Assembly: GCA_964357975.1 (NCBI GenBank)
Contig: CAYHNG010000004.1
Coordinates: forward strand, 6,380-70,379
Source of the DNA: an uncultured Pseudomonadales bacterium
GTDB lineage: Bacteria > Patescibacteriota > Microgenomatia > UBA1400 > MFAQ01
Reading direction: 5' to 3'
DNA: 64,000 nucleotides
The notes under the pieces were generated by a model. That model was given only the letters and a program-made list of their open reading frames with translations. It did not search any database and was not told the DNA's origin. The position numbers and the translations under genes were made by a program. This document shows, in pieces, positions 48,004 to 57,712 of this stretch. Within the stretch, counting starts at the first letter, position 1. Each line of letters begins with the position of its first letter.

Positions 48004-48342
48004 ATGAAAAAGTGCCCCAATTGTTCGTATTCGAACCCTGATGTCAAGTTCTGCGCCGAGTGTGGCACCGATCTTCGAACTGTTGAAGTCAAGAAAACCT
48101 GCTACATAGCCATGAAAAGTGAGGACGGTGTATATACAGTCCGTGGAGAGCGCTATCCCACCCGTGAGGCATTTGAGGATGCTCACCTTAACATGATGCA
48201 CAACCTTGATGGCATCTTCGTCATCCACGCCTTTGTGGATGATCTGGTTACCGGTCAACCATTTACTCCGATCGGTATAGACAAGATCGTCAACTTCGGC
48301 ACCTTCCGCCGCTACGATCCATTCCCAATCACGCTCTCCTGA
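48004..48342 (+). CDS. zinc-ribbon protein (CPNC...CAEC)
   Basis: MKKCPNCSYSNPDVKFCAECG is a Cys4 ribbon. The rest is unrecognised. Located between lexA and uvrB. Confidence 0.4.
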   Translation: MKKCPNCSYSNPDVKFCAECGTDLRTVEVKKTCYIAMKSEDGVYTVRGERYPTREAFEDAHLNMMHNLDGIFVIHAFVDDLVTGQPFTPIGIDKIVNFGTFRRYDPFPITLS

Positions 48343-48374
48343 AAGGGAGAGCTTTTTATGCGAAAATAGACCCA

Positions 48375-50423
48375 ATGGACTTTCAACTAGAATCAACCTA
48401 CCGCCCAACTGGAGACCAGCCTAATGCCATTGAAAAATTGGCTATTTCTATCGACCAACAAAACCCGCATCAAACTTTAGTAGGGGTTACTGGTAGTGGC
48501 AAGACGTTTACCATAGCGAACGTCATCCAGAAAACTCAGCTTCCCACCCTAGTCATGTGTCACAACAAAACGCTTGCTTCTCAGCTATACCAAGAGTTTC
48601 GGGACTTTTTCCCTCACAACGCCGTTTCCTATTTTGTTTCTTACTACGATTACTACCAGCCGGAGGCCTACATTCCCCAAACCGACACATATATCGAGAA
48701 GGAAGCCGACATCAATCCAGAAATCGACAAATTTCGCCTGACTACCACGGCTAATCTTTTATCTCGCCCGGACAGTATCGTGGTCGCCTCGGTTTCCTGT
48801 ATTTATAATATCGGCTCTCCGCTCGATCAGGAGCAAAACCTTTTGCCCTTAGCCCGTGGACAAGTAATCTCCCGGGATACTGTTCTTATGCGTCTTTCGG
48901 ACCTTCAATATACCAGGACAGCTTCCGAGCTCACGCGAGGCATGTACCGGGCAGTTGGTAGTACCGTACAACTATATCCTTCCTACAAAGATATTATTAT
49001 TTCCATGAGTTTTGAGGGGAATACGCTCGCCAATATCGAGATTCTTGATCCCTATAACTACACCCCTATCATCGACGAAGACTTGGAAAATACCGGCTTT
49101 CTGACTATTCATCCGGCTAAACTCTTTATCACTAACCCCAAAACTCAGGGGGACGCCATAGCCATAATTAGAAAAGACTTGGAAACCCAAGTAAAAGCTT
49201 TTAAAGATGCCGGTAAGATTATCGAAGCCCATCGGATAGAGCAAAAGGTCAATTACGATCTCTCCATGCTCGAAGAGGTTGGCTATGTCAGTGGAATCGA
49301 AAATTATTCTCGATACTTTGATGGTCGTGTAGCTGGATCTGCCCCATACTCCTTGTTTGAATATTTCCATTACAACGCCAAGAAATTTAACAAACCTGGC
49401 TTTCTGACGGTCATTGACGAGTCTCATATTTCTCTACCTCAAATCAGAGGTATGTATAACGGTGATCAAGCGCGCAAAGAAAATCTTATCAATTTTGGTT
49501 TTCGTCTCCCCAGCGCCAAAGACAACCGCCCGCTAACTTATACCGAGTGGCAGTCCAGAACTCCTATCAAACTTTACTGTTCCGCTACGCCCACCGAACA
49601 CGAACTCTCGCTTTCGCGTGGTAGTGTAATTCCCACAGTGGCTGAACAGCTTATTCGACCTACCGGTTTACTCGACCCGGAGATACGGGTTTTTCCTACT
49701 AAAGGTCAAATAGATCACCTCACTCAAGAGGTTATCAAAAGAAAAGAAAAGGGTGAAAGGACTTTAATTCTTACAATGACCAAAAGAATGGCCGAAGATC
49801 TTGCGGACCATTTAAAAGTAAAATACAACCTAAAAGTAGAATATCTTCACTCGGATATCCATACCATGGACCGGGCTGACATTTTGGACAAACTTCGCTT
49901 GGGAGACTTCGATTGCCTTGTCGGTATCAATCTCTTAAGAGAAGGGCTTGATTTACCGGAAGTGTCACTAGTAGCCATTCTCGATGCCGACAAAGAGGGT
50001 TTCTTGCGTACTTCAACGGCACTCATCCAAACCATGGGTCGAGCCGCCAGACACGTTAACGGAGAAGTCTATTTGTACGCCGATCGCATCTCAGACTCTA
50101 TGAAAATCGCTATGAGCGAAACTCTTCGCCGCAGGAAGATTCAAATGGATTACAACTCTGCGCACGGAATCACCCCTCAGGGCATTATTAAGCCCATTAG
50201 AGATCGTCTCTTTAAGCAAGAAAGCCAAAGCCCGGCACCGCGTATCAAAGAGCTGGCCGAACATGGCTGGACCGAAATTGACGATATAAATCCCGAAGCC
50301 CTTACACCTCAGAAAAAAAAGATTCTCGTTGTCAAGCTCAAAAAAATGATGAACCAAGCCGCCAACTCCTGGAACTTCGAGCTCGCCGCCCGCTACCGCG
50401 ACACCATCAAGAAACTACAATAA
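48375..50423 (+). CDS. uvrB: excinuclease ABC subunit B
   Basis: GVTGSGKTFTIANVI, DESHISLPQIRGMYNGDQARK, and the C-terminal UVR domain (ELAARYRDTIKKLQ). Confidence 0.95.
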   Translation: MDFQLESTYRPTGDQPNAIEKLAISIDQQNPHQTLVGVTGSGKTFTIANVIQKTQLPTLVMCHNKTLASQLYQEFRDFFPHNAVSYFVSYYDYYQPEAYIPQTDTYIEKEADINPEIDKFRLTTTANLLSRPDSIVVASVSCIYNIGSPLDQEQNLLPLARGQVISRDTVLMRLSDLQYTRTASELTRGMYRAVGSTVQLYPSYKDIIISMSFEGNTLANIEILDPYNYTPIIDEDLENTGFLTIHPAKLFITNPKTQGDAIAIIRKDLETQVKAFKDAGKIIEAHRIEQKVNYDLSMLEEVGYVSGIENYSRYFDGRVAGSAPYSLFEYFHYNAKKFNKPGFLTVIDESHISLPQIRGMYNGDQARKENLINFGFRLPSAKDNRPLTYTEWQSRTPIKLYCSATPTEHELSLSRGSVIPTVAEQLIRPTGLLDPEIRVFPTKGQIDHLTQEVIKRKEKGERTLILTMTKRMAEDLADHLKVKYNLKVEYLHSDIHTMDRADILDKLRLGDFDCLVGINLLREGLDLPEVSLVAILDADKEGFLRTSTALIQTMGRAARHVNGEVYLYADRISDSMKIAMSETLRRRKIQMDYNSAHGITPQGIIKPIRDRLFKQESQSPAPRIKELAEHGWTEIDDINPEALTPQKKKILVVKLKKMMNQAANSWNFELAARYRDTIKKLQ

Positions 50424-50425
50424 CA

Positions 50426-51067
50426 CTATTTTAGTTTCTTTCCTTTGAACACTGTTCCCCCTACTGCATCTTTAGACCGACTTGTGTCAATAACTCTTCC
50501 ATCTAGATCTGATAAATCATCTTGAACAATTCCATTCTCTTTAAGAAACCGTCTGATTATTCTTCTTGCCTCTTCCCCATACTGTCGACTTTCGTTCGTT
50601 CGGTTATCAAGCAGTATGTATATTATGGTTCCTTGACGGATAAATTTTTCCAACTGGCCAAGTAAATCATCCTCGACAATATTTCTAGGGTTTGGAGCGA
50701 TCATCATGATTAGATCTGCCTTAAACGAGGGAATGACTTCCACCTCACCAGGAACAAGTACTCTTTCTGCACCCATTTCGACTCGACGATCACCTCTTGC
50801 GACCTTCTGGTCAATAAAATATCCAAGTGCGACGTCCGCCCCAATCCACACATCGCCCGATCTTTGATCAACTGATAATCCTGGTGGTCTAAAACCTGGA
50901 CCCACATCCAGCACCCTGAATTTACTTCTTTCAATAATTTCCATAATTTGTGCCTTGCTCGCATCAAAAGTTTTTAGTCTAAAATCCAAAACTCTAGCAG
51001 AGAGCAGAGTGTCTGTTACTCTCTCTTTACCTAAATTGAATTCAGCAACAGCTGGGGATCCGATCAT
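50426..51067 (-). CDS. hypothetical protein, possible SAM-dependent methyltransferase fold
   Basis: FRVLDVGPGF resembles MTase motif I. Otherwise unrecognised. Confidence 0.3.
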   Translation of the reverse strand: MIGSPAVAEFNLGKERVTDTLLSARVLDFRLKTFDASKAQIMEIIERSKFRVLDVGPGFRPPGLSVDQRSGDVWIGADVALGYFIDQKVARGDRRVEMGAERVLVPGEVEVIPSFKADLIMMIAPNPRNIVEDDLLGQLEKFIRQGTIIYILLDNRTNESRQYGEEARRIIRRFLKENGIVQDDLSDLDGRVIDTSRSKDAVGGTVFKGKKLK

Positions 51068-51150
51068 ATCTTCAGATTATAGCGAATATAATAACCACAT
51101 GGACGAAACAAAATTAGTCAGCAATACATGGATCGAAAAAGGGGTGGCCA

Positions 51151-51650
51151 TGAAATTTACTTGGTACCCAGGAGAGAATCTGGAACAGTTTCAGCCATTT
51201 AATCAAGTTTATGGTGTCGTCTTTAATGCAGACGGTCAAATGCTCATTCAAAGAAGGGGGTTAAGACCTTGGTGCCTGGCCGGAGGGACCGTTGAAGTAG
51301 GGGAGACCGCCGAAGAAACTCTCAGGCGCGAACTAATTGAAGAAGCCGATGTTACCGTCAAGAATCCCATTTTGCTCGGCGGGCAAAGAGTGCAATTTCC
51401 CGGCGGGCATAATCCTAATCCCGGCAAACGTGGTGGTGGTGATGATTTCTATCAACTCCGCTATTACTGCGAAGTTGACGAGGTGTTACCTCAAACACCC
51501 GATCCTGATCACGACATCATTAACGATCGCCTCTTTGTTCCCCAAACAGAGATAAATAATTATCTTAACTGGGGCATTACCGGACAAGTTATCTTCGACC
51601 AAGCCATCGCCCTCTGGCTTTCACTTCATCCAGTGCCGCTTGGTGGATAA
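51151..51650 (+). CDS. Nudix hydrolase
   Basis: Nudix box region GGTVEVGETAEETLRRELIEEADV. ATG at 51151 has an AAAGGGG RBS. An alternative start is at 51099. Confidence 0.55.
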
Positions 51651-52176
51651 ACCCGTAGACCTTACCATAATCTCCCCAAGAGAACTTTCCACCCGGGTGT
51701 TCAAAGAAATTATCACTGGCTAATCCAAAATAATTTGCTACGAGCTGACGATATTCGGCTTCGTCCATCCTGACCACATCGGAAACGTCATCTCCCGAAA
51801 TCAATTCCTTCATTCCAAGCGGGAGGTAATAAACAAAAGCCGTATGAGAAAATTTTTCTTCTTTAAAAGCACCCTCAACATTTACCCGAATCAACGGGAC
51901 AAATTTCTCTGCCGGTTCCTTAATACCAAGTTCTTCTTCAGTTTCTCTGATAGCTGCAGAAAGGACATCTTCACCGTCGTTAATTCCGCCACCAATCATT
52001 CTCACAATCCCTTCCGGGTAAAATCCCTTCTTGTCTCCCAAGATAAATTTTCCGGAACCATCTTTTCCCAGAATCAAGACAGTTCTATCCCGATATCGTA
52101 AATTTTCAAAAGGTAAATGAGATAGTTCAACCTTACAATCAATTTCTTTAAACATAATCAAATTATAATATTTCAA
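51589..52176 (-). CDS. Nudix hydrolase
   Basis: GGGINDGEDVLSAAIRETEEELGI matches the Nudix box. 3' end overlaps the convergent Nudix gene. Confidence 0.55.
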   Translation of the reverse strand: MKYYNLIMFKEIDCKVELSHLPFENLRYRDRTVLILGKDGSGKFILGDKKGFYPEGIVRMIGGGINDGEDVLSAAIRETEEELGIKEPAEKFVPLIRVNVEGAFKEEKFSHTAFVYYLPLGMKELISGDDVSDVVRMDEAEYRQLVANYFGLASDNFFEHPGGKFSWGDYGKVYGFIHQAALDEVKARGRWLGRR

Positions 52177-52178
52177 AA

Positions 52179-52748
52179 CTATTTACCGACATCCAACAAT
52201 TTCGTTAATTTCTGATAGTCGGTAATTCCGTTCTCCAAAACTGCTTTATAAATATCCGTACTGGAAACTCGATTCTTGTCGTCTCCTTCCATTTCTCTTA
52301 TTTGCTTAAGTCTCAATATTGCCAGTTTACTTTCAGGCGTCAGACTTTTTGCGTATCGTAAATCTCTCTCTGTTTTATCCTGTGGATATTTATCGACAAA
52401 CCAAATTTCTGTCTCCCATTTCACTCCATTTATTTCCGAGATCAAAACCACAATGAAACCCTTGAGTCGGCCCATTCTTGGAAATTTCACAAAATCCCCA
52501 TACTGATATTTTTGAAACTGCCTCTCTTCAATCAGCATTTTCATGACATTTACGGAGGCATGTCTTGGATCGCCGGTTTCCACTACGATATCGATATCCG
52601 GGCCGTACATCAAATTCAGACTCAAACTACCTATGATCGAGCATTTTCCATATTTTGAAAGCAGGGGAATCAATCCGGAGTCAGCCAGTATCCTATTGGC
52701 AATATCTTTTTGGCTTTCAGAATAATTCAGCAATTCAGCGTCGTTCAT
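52179..52748 (-). CDS. Pol-beta-superfamily nucleotidyltransferase-like protein
   Basis: GSLSLNLMYGPDIDIVVET resembles the G[SG]-x9-13-D.D NTase motif. Confidence 0.4.
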   Translation of the reverse strand: MNDAELLNYSESQKDIANRILADSGLIPLLSKYGKCSIIGSLSLNLMYGPDIDIVVETGDPRHASVNVMKMLIEERQFQKYQYGDFVKFPRMGRLKGFIVVLISEINGVKWETEIWFVDKYPQDKTERDLRYAKSLTPESKLAILRLKQIREMEGDDKNRVSSTDIYKAVLENGITDYQKLTKLLDVGK

Positions 52749-52928
52749 TGTCTCATTTTACTCCAGTGCCAAGCCTACCGCGACCGAAGTAAAAGGGTCA
52801 AACTCGGTTACTTTCTCTTTTCCAGACATTTCAACGATCATTGATCCAAACCCGTCTGCATGATAAATTTGATCCTGACTAATATGCTTAGAAAGTCATC
52901 GTTCAGTGGTAAGACAGGGAACTTACAT

Positions 52929-53510
52929 TTAGATGTTACCGTAGCCCTTGTCACTTTTGAGTGCTCTGATGATTAGGTCCCGTATCAATTCAGATTTTGA
53001 TACACCCAACTCGTTTGATTTCCAGTCTAGGTACCCGTTTTCCAGGTTTTGAAGCACCAGGTTAAATCTTACTTTCTCAGAAAATTTTTTAGCCAGGGTG
53101 TTCTTTAAAATTTTGGCAACATCTTCCTTGGTATTGTAATAATTTACCGAAATTCGACTATCATCAACAAAATTAATCAACTTATTCTTCAAAATCTCCT
53201 TTGCGGACTCTTTGTAGAATATAAAAACAGGCTTGTTTTTTTGTAGAGCCAATGAAATCTGAAACCCAGTACTTAGGCCACCATTGGTCCCCTCAACAAC
53301 CACAATATCTGATCTAAGCAGATCTGAAGAGACAGATTTGTTGATCTTAGAGAAATCTAGAGTCGTCAGCCCCCTATATGCCTCTTTAGCCTCACCAATC
53401 CAGTCCCTTGTCAGGACGTTTCCAGTCTCAATAATGGCATCCTTTACAGCCATAATGTCTGGCATCCTAGCCTCAAAATTGTCTGTGGAGGTGGCAAAAA
53501 ATACTTTCAT
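52929..53510 (-). CDS. fusion of a nucleoside 2-deoxyribosyltransferase-like Rossmann domain with a C-terminal ribbon-helix-helix DNA-binding domain
   Basis: N-terminal MKVFFATS...DIVVVEGTNGGLSTGFQISLALQKNKPVFIFY (NDT-like). C-terminal RFNLVLQNLENGYLDWKSNELGVSKSELIRDLIIRAL has the RHH pattern (beta-strand + ..SRSELIREAI..). Confidence 0.45.
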   Translation of the reverse strand: MKVFFATSTDNFEARMPDIMAVKDAIIETGNVLTRDWIGEAKEAYRGLTTLDFSKINKSVSSDLLRSDIVVVEGTNGGLSTGFQISLALQKNKPVFIFYKESAKEILKNKLINFVDDSRISVNYYNTKEDVAKILKNTLAKKFSEKVRFNLVLQNLENGYLDWKSNELGVSKSELIRDLIIRALKSDKGYGNI

Positions 53511-53587
53511 CGTATTATAGAGTTGCTATTGACAAATTATAACATATAGGTTATCATGCACACGAATGCGCATATTAATTAAAGCTT

Positions 53588-54013
53588 ATGAAAATAACTA
53601 AAAGCTTTTCTTTTGCAATGGGTCATCGTTTACCCCTTCACTCGGGTAAATGTTCCAACTTTCATGGTCATAACTATGACGTGACTATTACTCTCGATTT
53701 TGAAACCGGCCAGAGCTTCATAGAAGGGGTCGGTTTTTTAATAGATTTTGGAGATATAAAAAAGTATGTTGACGAACGTTTTGATCATAAGTTCGTCATG
53801 CAGTCTTCAGATCCGTACTTGAAATCCATCGCACCGCTAGAGATACCCGGCTTGGTAGTGGTAGATTACGCCCCAACCGCCGAAAATTTGGCTACAGATA
53901 TTTCTCAAGGACTAAAACAATATATTTCAACACAAGGATTTAGTTCAAATCAGTTCAAGGTCATAGTCAAACTATGGGAAACCAGTAATTCATTTGTAAC
54001 TCAAATAGCCTAA
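53588..54013 (+). CDS. queD: 6-carboxy-5,6,7,8-tetrahydropterin synthase (QueD/PTPS family)
   Basis: FSFAMGHRLPLHSGKCSNFHGHNYDVTITL is the QueD Cys/His zinc motif. Confidence 0.8.
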   Translation: MKITKSFSFAMGHRLPLHSGKCSNFHGHNYDVTITLDFETGQSFIEGVGFLIDFGDIKKYVDERFDHKFVMQSSDPYLKSIAPLEIPGLVVVDYAPTAENLATDISQGLKQYISTQGFSSNQFKVIVKLWETSNSFVTQIA

Positions 54014-54015
54014 AA

Positions 54016-54825
54016 ATGAAAATTCTTAAGGCGAGCGATATAACCACAAAATACTCCCCGACAAAAGAAGATCTTTCCAATCTAATAAAAAAGGACAACA
54101 CCTTTAAACTCTCTGGTGATCGCATCTTTCACACAATTCAAGGGGAAGGGGCAACACTGGGTAAACCAGCAACTTTTGTCAGACTACACTTCTGTAACTT
54201 ATCATGTTCCTGGTGTGACACCTGGTATACCTGGCACCGGGATACCGAACAGTATTACAAAGAACCTTTTGATATGAGCGTCTCCGAACTTCACCGGGGG
54301 ATTAGAAATGCACAAGCCGCAAAAGGTGTCTCTGAAGAAAATCACGTCTATCGAGTGATTTTTACCGGGGGTGAACCAATGCTTCAGCAAAATGAAATTG
54401 CCCAATTCTTAATCGAGAACCCGGTATACATCTGCGAAATAGAAACCAATGGAACCATAGCCCCAAATGAATTTCTGCAGAAGCTTTGCAAAGAGGACAG
54501 AATACGGTTCAACTGTTCCCCTAAATTGGCGAATTCAGGAAATAATTCAAAAATTGCCTTTAACCAAAACGTTCTGAAAATACTGGCAAGTTTCCCAACA
54601 ACGATATTTAAATTTGTCTGTAATAAACCCAATGACATCGATGAAATTCTGGAAAAATTCAACTTTTTACCTAGAGGGCAAATTGTCATTATGCCAGAGG
54701 GGGTTACAAAAGAAGAAAATGCCGGCGCTTACGAAAGGATTATTAACAAAATAATCGAGCTCAGTTTAACTACTTACCCAAGATTACAAAATATCTGCTT
54801 TGACGGGTCAAAGCGGGGTGTTTAA
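54016..54825 (+). CDS. queE: 7-carboxy-7-deazaguanine synthase (radical SAM)
   Basis: IQGEGATLGKPATFVRLHFCNLSCSWCDTWYTW has the CxxxCxxC cluster motif in QueE context. Confidence 0.8.
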   Translation: MKILKASDITTKYSPTKEDLSNLIKKDNTFKLSGDRIFHTIQGEGATLGKPATFVRLHFCNLSCSWCDTWYTWHRDTEQYYKEPFDMSVSELHRGIRNAQAAKGVSEENHVYRVIFTGGEPMLQQNEIAQFLIENPVYICEIETNGTIAPNEFLQKLCKEDRIRFNCSPKLANSGNNSKIAFNQNVLKILASFPTTIFKFVCNKPNDIDEILEKFNFLPRGQIVIMPEGVTKEENAGAYERIINKIIELSLTTYPRLQNICFDGSKRGV

Positions 54826-54830
54826 AAACA

Positions 54831-55379
54831 ATGACACAATCAAAAATTGAAGATGCGTTTAAAAAGGTCGTCTCGGAATTAAATCCAAATTGGGAAAGTG
54901 ATCCCGATATGAGGGAAACGCCTCACCGACTTGGTCGCTTCTACATGCATTTTTTCCGCAATGAGGATCCAAATGCTCACATGGGGAAACGTTTTCCAAC
55001 AAAAAACAGGAATTTCGTTATTGTCAAAAACATTGAATGTTTCGGTATGTGTCCTCATCATCTAACTCCTGTAATTTACAAAATAAATATTGGTTACCTT
55101 CCCGAAAAATGGGCACTTGGTTTAAGTAAGCTTGCTCGTGTCGCAGTTGCCTGTGCCAGTAGTCCCAAATTGCAAGAAAATCTTACCTCCGATATTGTTG
55201 ATTGTGTCTACAAGCAATTAAAACCAAACGGTGTTATTGCAACAGTAGAAGGTGTTCATGGTTGTATGAGATGTCGCGGCGTTGAACAAGATACATCGGC
55301 CGTAACGGTTGATTACCGAGGTAAAAAAATGAATGATCTTAAGATAAAAAACGAGTTTTATACTTTACTAAAAATATAA
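54831..55379 (+). CDS. folE: GTP cyclohydrolase I
   Basis: FGMCPHHLTPVIYKINIGYLP compares with the FolE CEHHLVPF motif. 182 aa. Confidence 0.85.
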   Translation: MTQSKIEDAFKKVVSELNPNWESDPDMRETPHRLGRFYMHFFRNEDPNAHMGKRFPTKNRNFVIVKNIECFGMCPHHLTPVIYKINIGYLPEKWALGLSKLARVAVACASSPKLQENLTSDIVDCVYKQLKPNGVIATVEGVHGCMRCRGVEQDTSAVTVDYRGKKMNDLKIKNEFYTLLKI

Positions 55380-55864
55380 TGACTCCGATAATTCATAACT
55401 TTAGTTGGCAAGACATCTCCATCCTCTGTCAAAATATATCTAGAAAAATCGAGGCTGACAACTTTCAACCAGACATAATAGTTACTCCTCAAAGAGGAGG
55501 TTTTGTGCCAACGGCTATATTATCCCACCTATTAAGGTGCAGAGAGGTTATTGTCGTCGACATAAAAAGAACGTTGTCGGATGAAATTCATGCTGCCAAG
55601 ACCCCCCCGACCTTGACCAGTGATATCGACACGGAAAGACTTAAGGATAAAAAGATTCTTGTTATCGACGACATTATAGGGAGTGGAGAAACACTCCATT
55701 TTCTATTAAATATATTGGGAAAATGCAAGCCCAAAGCCATTAAGACCTCAATATTGGTCCAGAATGATGAGAATTTTGAAAAATCATTATTAAGAAACAA
55801 TTTGAAGCCTGATTACCTGGGCAAGAACGTTAGGGGTTGGGTAATATTTCCATGGGAGAAATAA
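55379..55864 (+). CDS. Gpt-like (xanthine/guanine-type) phosphoribosyltransferase, candidate 7-deazapurine-base PRTase
   Basis: PRPP loop KILVIDDIIGSGETL. N-terminal ISWQDI...IIVTPQRGGFVPTAILSHLL and C-terminal GWVIFPWEK parallel E. coli Gpt (VTWDML...IIAVSRGGLVPGALLAREL ... TWIEQPWDM). Start overlaps the folE stop. Confidence 0.65.
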   Translation: MTPIIHNFSWQDISILCQNISRKIEADNFQPDIIVTPQRGGFVPTAILSHLLRCREVIVVDIKRTLSDEIHAAKTPPTLTSDIDTERLKDKKILVIDDIIGSGETLHFLLNILGKCKPKAIKTSILVQNDENFEKSLLRNNLKPDYLGKNVRGWVIFPWEK

Positions 55865-56412
55865 ATCTAACCTACAAGACAAAGCCCTTTGTCTTGACCG
55901 GCGGACCGGGAGTCGGGAAGACTATGACGGCAATAGGGCTTGAACTAAAAGGATATTTTGTAATTCCTGAGGTGGCTGAATCATACATAAAGCTGCAACA
56001 ACATCTTGGAGATAAATATCCGTGGGAGGACAAGAATTTTGAAGCCATCGTCCTGAGGTATCAGCTTCAAAAAGAATCCGTATTGAAGGAATTAAGGAAT
56101 GTCGGTCCGGTTTTTATTGATCGCGGTAATTTAGATGCACTTGCATATTATCAATATTATGATCGACCCATCAGTCCTTTAATGAAACAAGTGATTGCTT
56201 GCCACGAAAAAACCAAAATCTATAACAAGATATTCTTGCTAGAACAACTAGGAGGTGAAAAGACTACAGAAATACGAAAAGAAAATAGTTTTGAGTCTAA
56301 GTCTCTCGAATTGCTACAGGAAAAAAACTACCGAGATTTTGGATATGAAGTTATCAGAATACCAGCCCTGCCGTTAGCGGAACGGGTTAAATTAGTTATT
56401 TCGAAAATATAA
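55852..56412 (+). CDS. P-loop nucleoside/nucleotide kinase-like protein
   Basis: Walker A LTGGPGVGKTM and DRGNLDALAY (DR-type motif of NMP/dN kinases). Overlaps the PRTase 3' end. Confidence 0.5.
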   Translation: MGEINLTYKTKPFVLTGGPGVGKTMTAIGLELKGYFVIPEVAESYIKLQQHLGDKYPWEDKNFEAIVLRYQLQKESVLKELRNVGPVFIDRGNLDALAYYQYYDRPISPLMKQVIACHEKTKIYNKIFLLEQLGGEKTTEIRKENSFESKSLELLQEKNYRDFGYEVIRIPALPLAERVKLVISKI

Positions 56413-56419
56413 ACATACA

Positions 56420-57712
56420 GTGAACAATTACAAAAAATTGATCTTTATTGGGGCTGGTCCAGCCTCGTTATTGGCGGGAAACATTCTTTGGAAAAACGGA
56501 TTCCATGATTTCTTAATATTGGAAAAAGGATTGGGTGTACATGAAAGAAATAAATATGACAAAAACGAAAATATCTGTTCCAGTATCAACGGAATTGGCG
56601 GTGCTGGTTTATTCTCGGACGGTAAGTTGAATTTCTCTCCTCAAATCGGCGGTCTACCGCTTAAGATCATGTCTAGTGACAGATATCAAAAATGGTCAGA
56701 AGAGCTAAAAAACCTAATTCCTGCGAAAATTGTCGAAACCGACTTTTCCGGTATTGAAAACTTCAATAAATCGAACAAAGACATAAATTTTTTAGCTATC
56801 GAACAGCGCCATGTCGGTACCGATTATTTACCTGCTATCGTAGATAGGTTAATCGATGGTTTCGAGAAAAATATCCTTACCGACGTAGACGTAACAGATG
56901 TGACAAAAAAAGATTTTGGCTTTGAAATAATTCTAGCTGACGGAAGAACTTTGGAATGTGAAGAACTAGTGGTAGCTACCGGACAAAGAGGTGCGGCTTT
57001 TGCTAAAAAATTGGCTGTAAAAATGGGTGTAAATGTCTCCTCTGTTGTCGCCGATATTGGTGTCCGTCTAGAAACAGAAAAAAATATGTTTAAGGCCTTA
57101 ATCGACTTACAATATGATCCAAAGATTTATTTTAAATTTGGAAATAAGCCTACGGTTAGAACATTCTGTACTAATCCCGGAGGAGACGTTATCGTAGAAA
57201 ATAAAGGAGATTACGTCACAATAAATGGCCATGCAAGTATTACGGATCAGACAGACTTTACAAATACCGCACTCATGTGTCGCATTGAAAATCTCGAAAA
57301 TCCAAAAGAATACACGGAAAAACTCTGTCGTCGCATTTCTAGTGTCACCGGAAACAAGATAGGAGTTCAGGATATTTCTGAACTAATTGACACTAAACCC
57401 TGCAGTTTCAAGATTCGCATACCCTATGTGAAAATGGATATCCGTGAATATTACGATTCCTTAGCATATGAACCAATAGTTGAAACTTTAAAAAAACTCA
57501 ATAAAATTTTGGATAAAAAACTAGAGGGATACATCTATTTCCCCGAAGTAAAACTCTATAACGATCACATAGATATCAAAAAGGATAGTTTAGAAGCTCA
57601 GGGAACAAAAGGACTTTACTTTTTAGGTGATTGTTGCGGTGTTATCCACGGACTTACAAACGCATGCTTAGCCGGTCAATCGTTTGCTCATACTTATTTG
57701 GAAAATATATGA
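56420..57712 (+). CDS. FAD-dependent oxidoreductase (COG2509-like)
   Basis: N-terminal dinucleotide fold LIFIGAGPASLLAGNIL. C-terminal GLYFLGDCCGVIHGLTNACLAGQ. Confidence 0.55.
   Translation: MNNYKKLIFIGAGPASLLAGNILWKNGFHDFLILEKGLGVHERNKYDKNENICSSINGIGGAGLFSDGKLNFSPQIGGLPLKIMSSDRYQKWSEELKNLIPAKIVETDFSGIENFNKSNKDINFLAIEQRHVGTDYLPAIVDRLIDGFEKNILTDVDVTDVTKKDFGFEIILADGRTLECEELVVATGQRGAAFAKKLAVKMGVNVSSVVADIGVRLETEKNMFKALIDLQYDPKIYFKFGNKPTVRTFCTNPGGDVIVENKGDYVTINGHASITDQTDFTNTALMCRIENLENPKEYTEKLCRRISSVTGNKIGVQDISELIDTKPCSFKIRIPYVKMDIREYYDSLAYEPIVETLKKLNKILDKKLEGYIYFPEVKLYNDHIDIKKDSLEAQGTKGLYFLGDCCGVIHGLTNACLAGQSFAHTYLENI

Noticed and set aside
50955-51150. Extended N-terminus of the plus-strand Nudix gene from 50955
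   Set aside because: It would overlap about 110 bp of the convergent minus-strand gene. An internal ATG at 51151 with an AAAGGGG RBS gives a normal-length Nudix protein.
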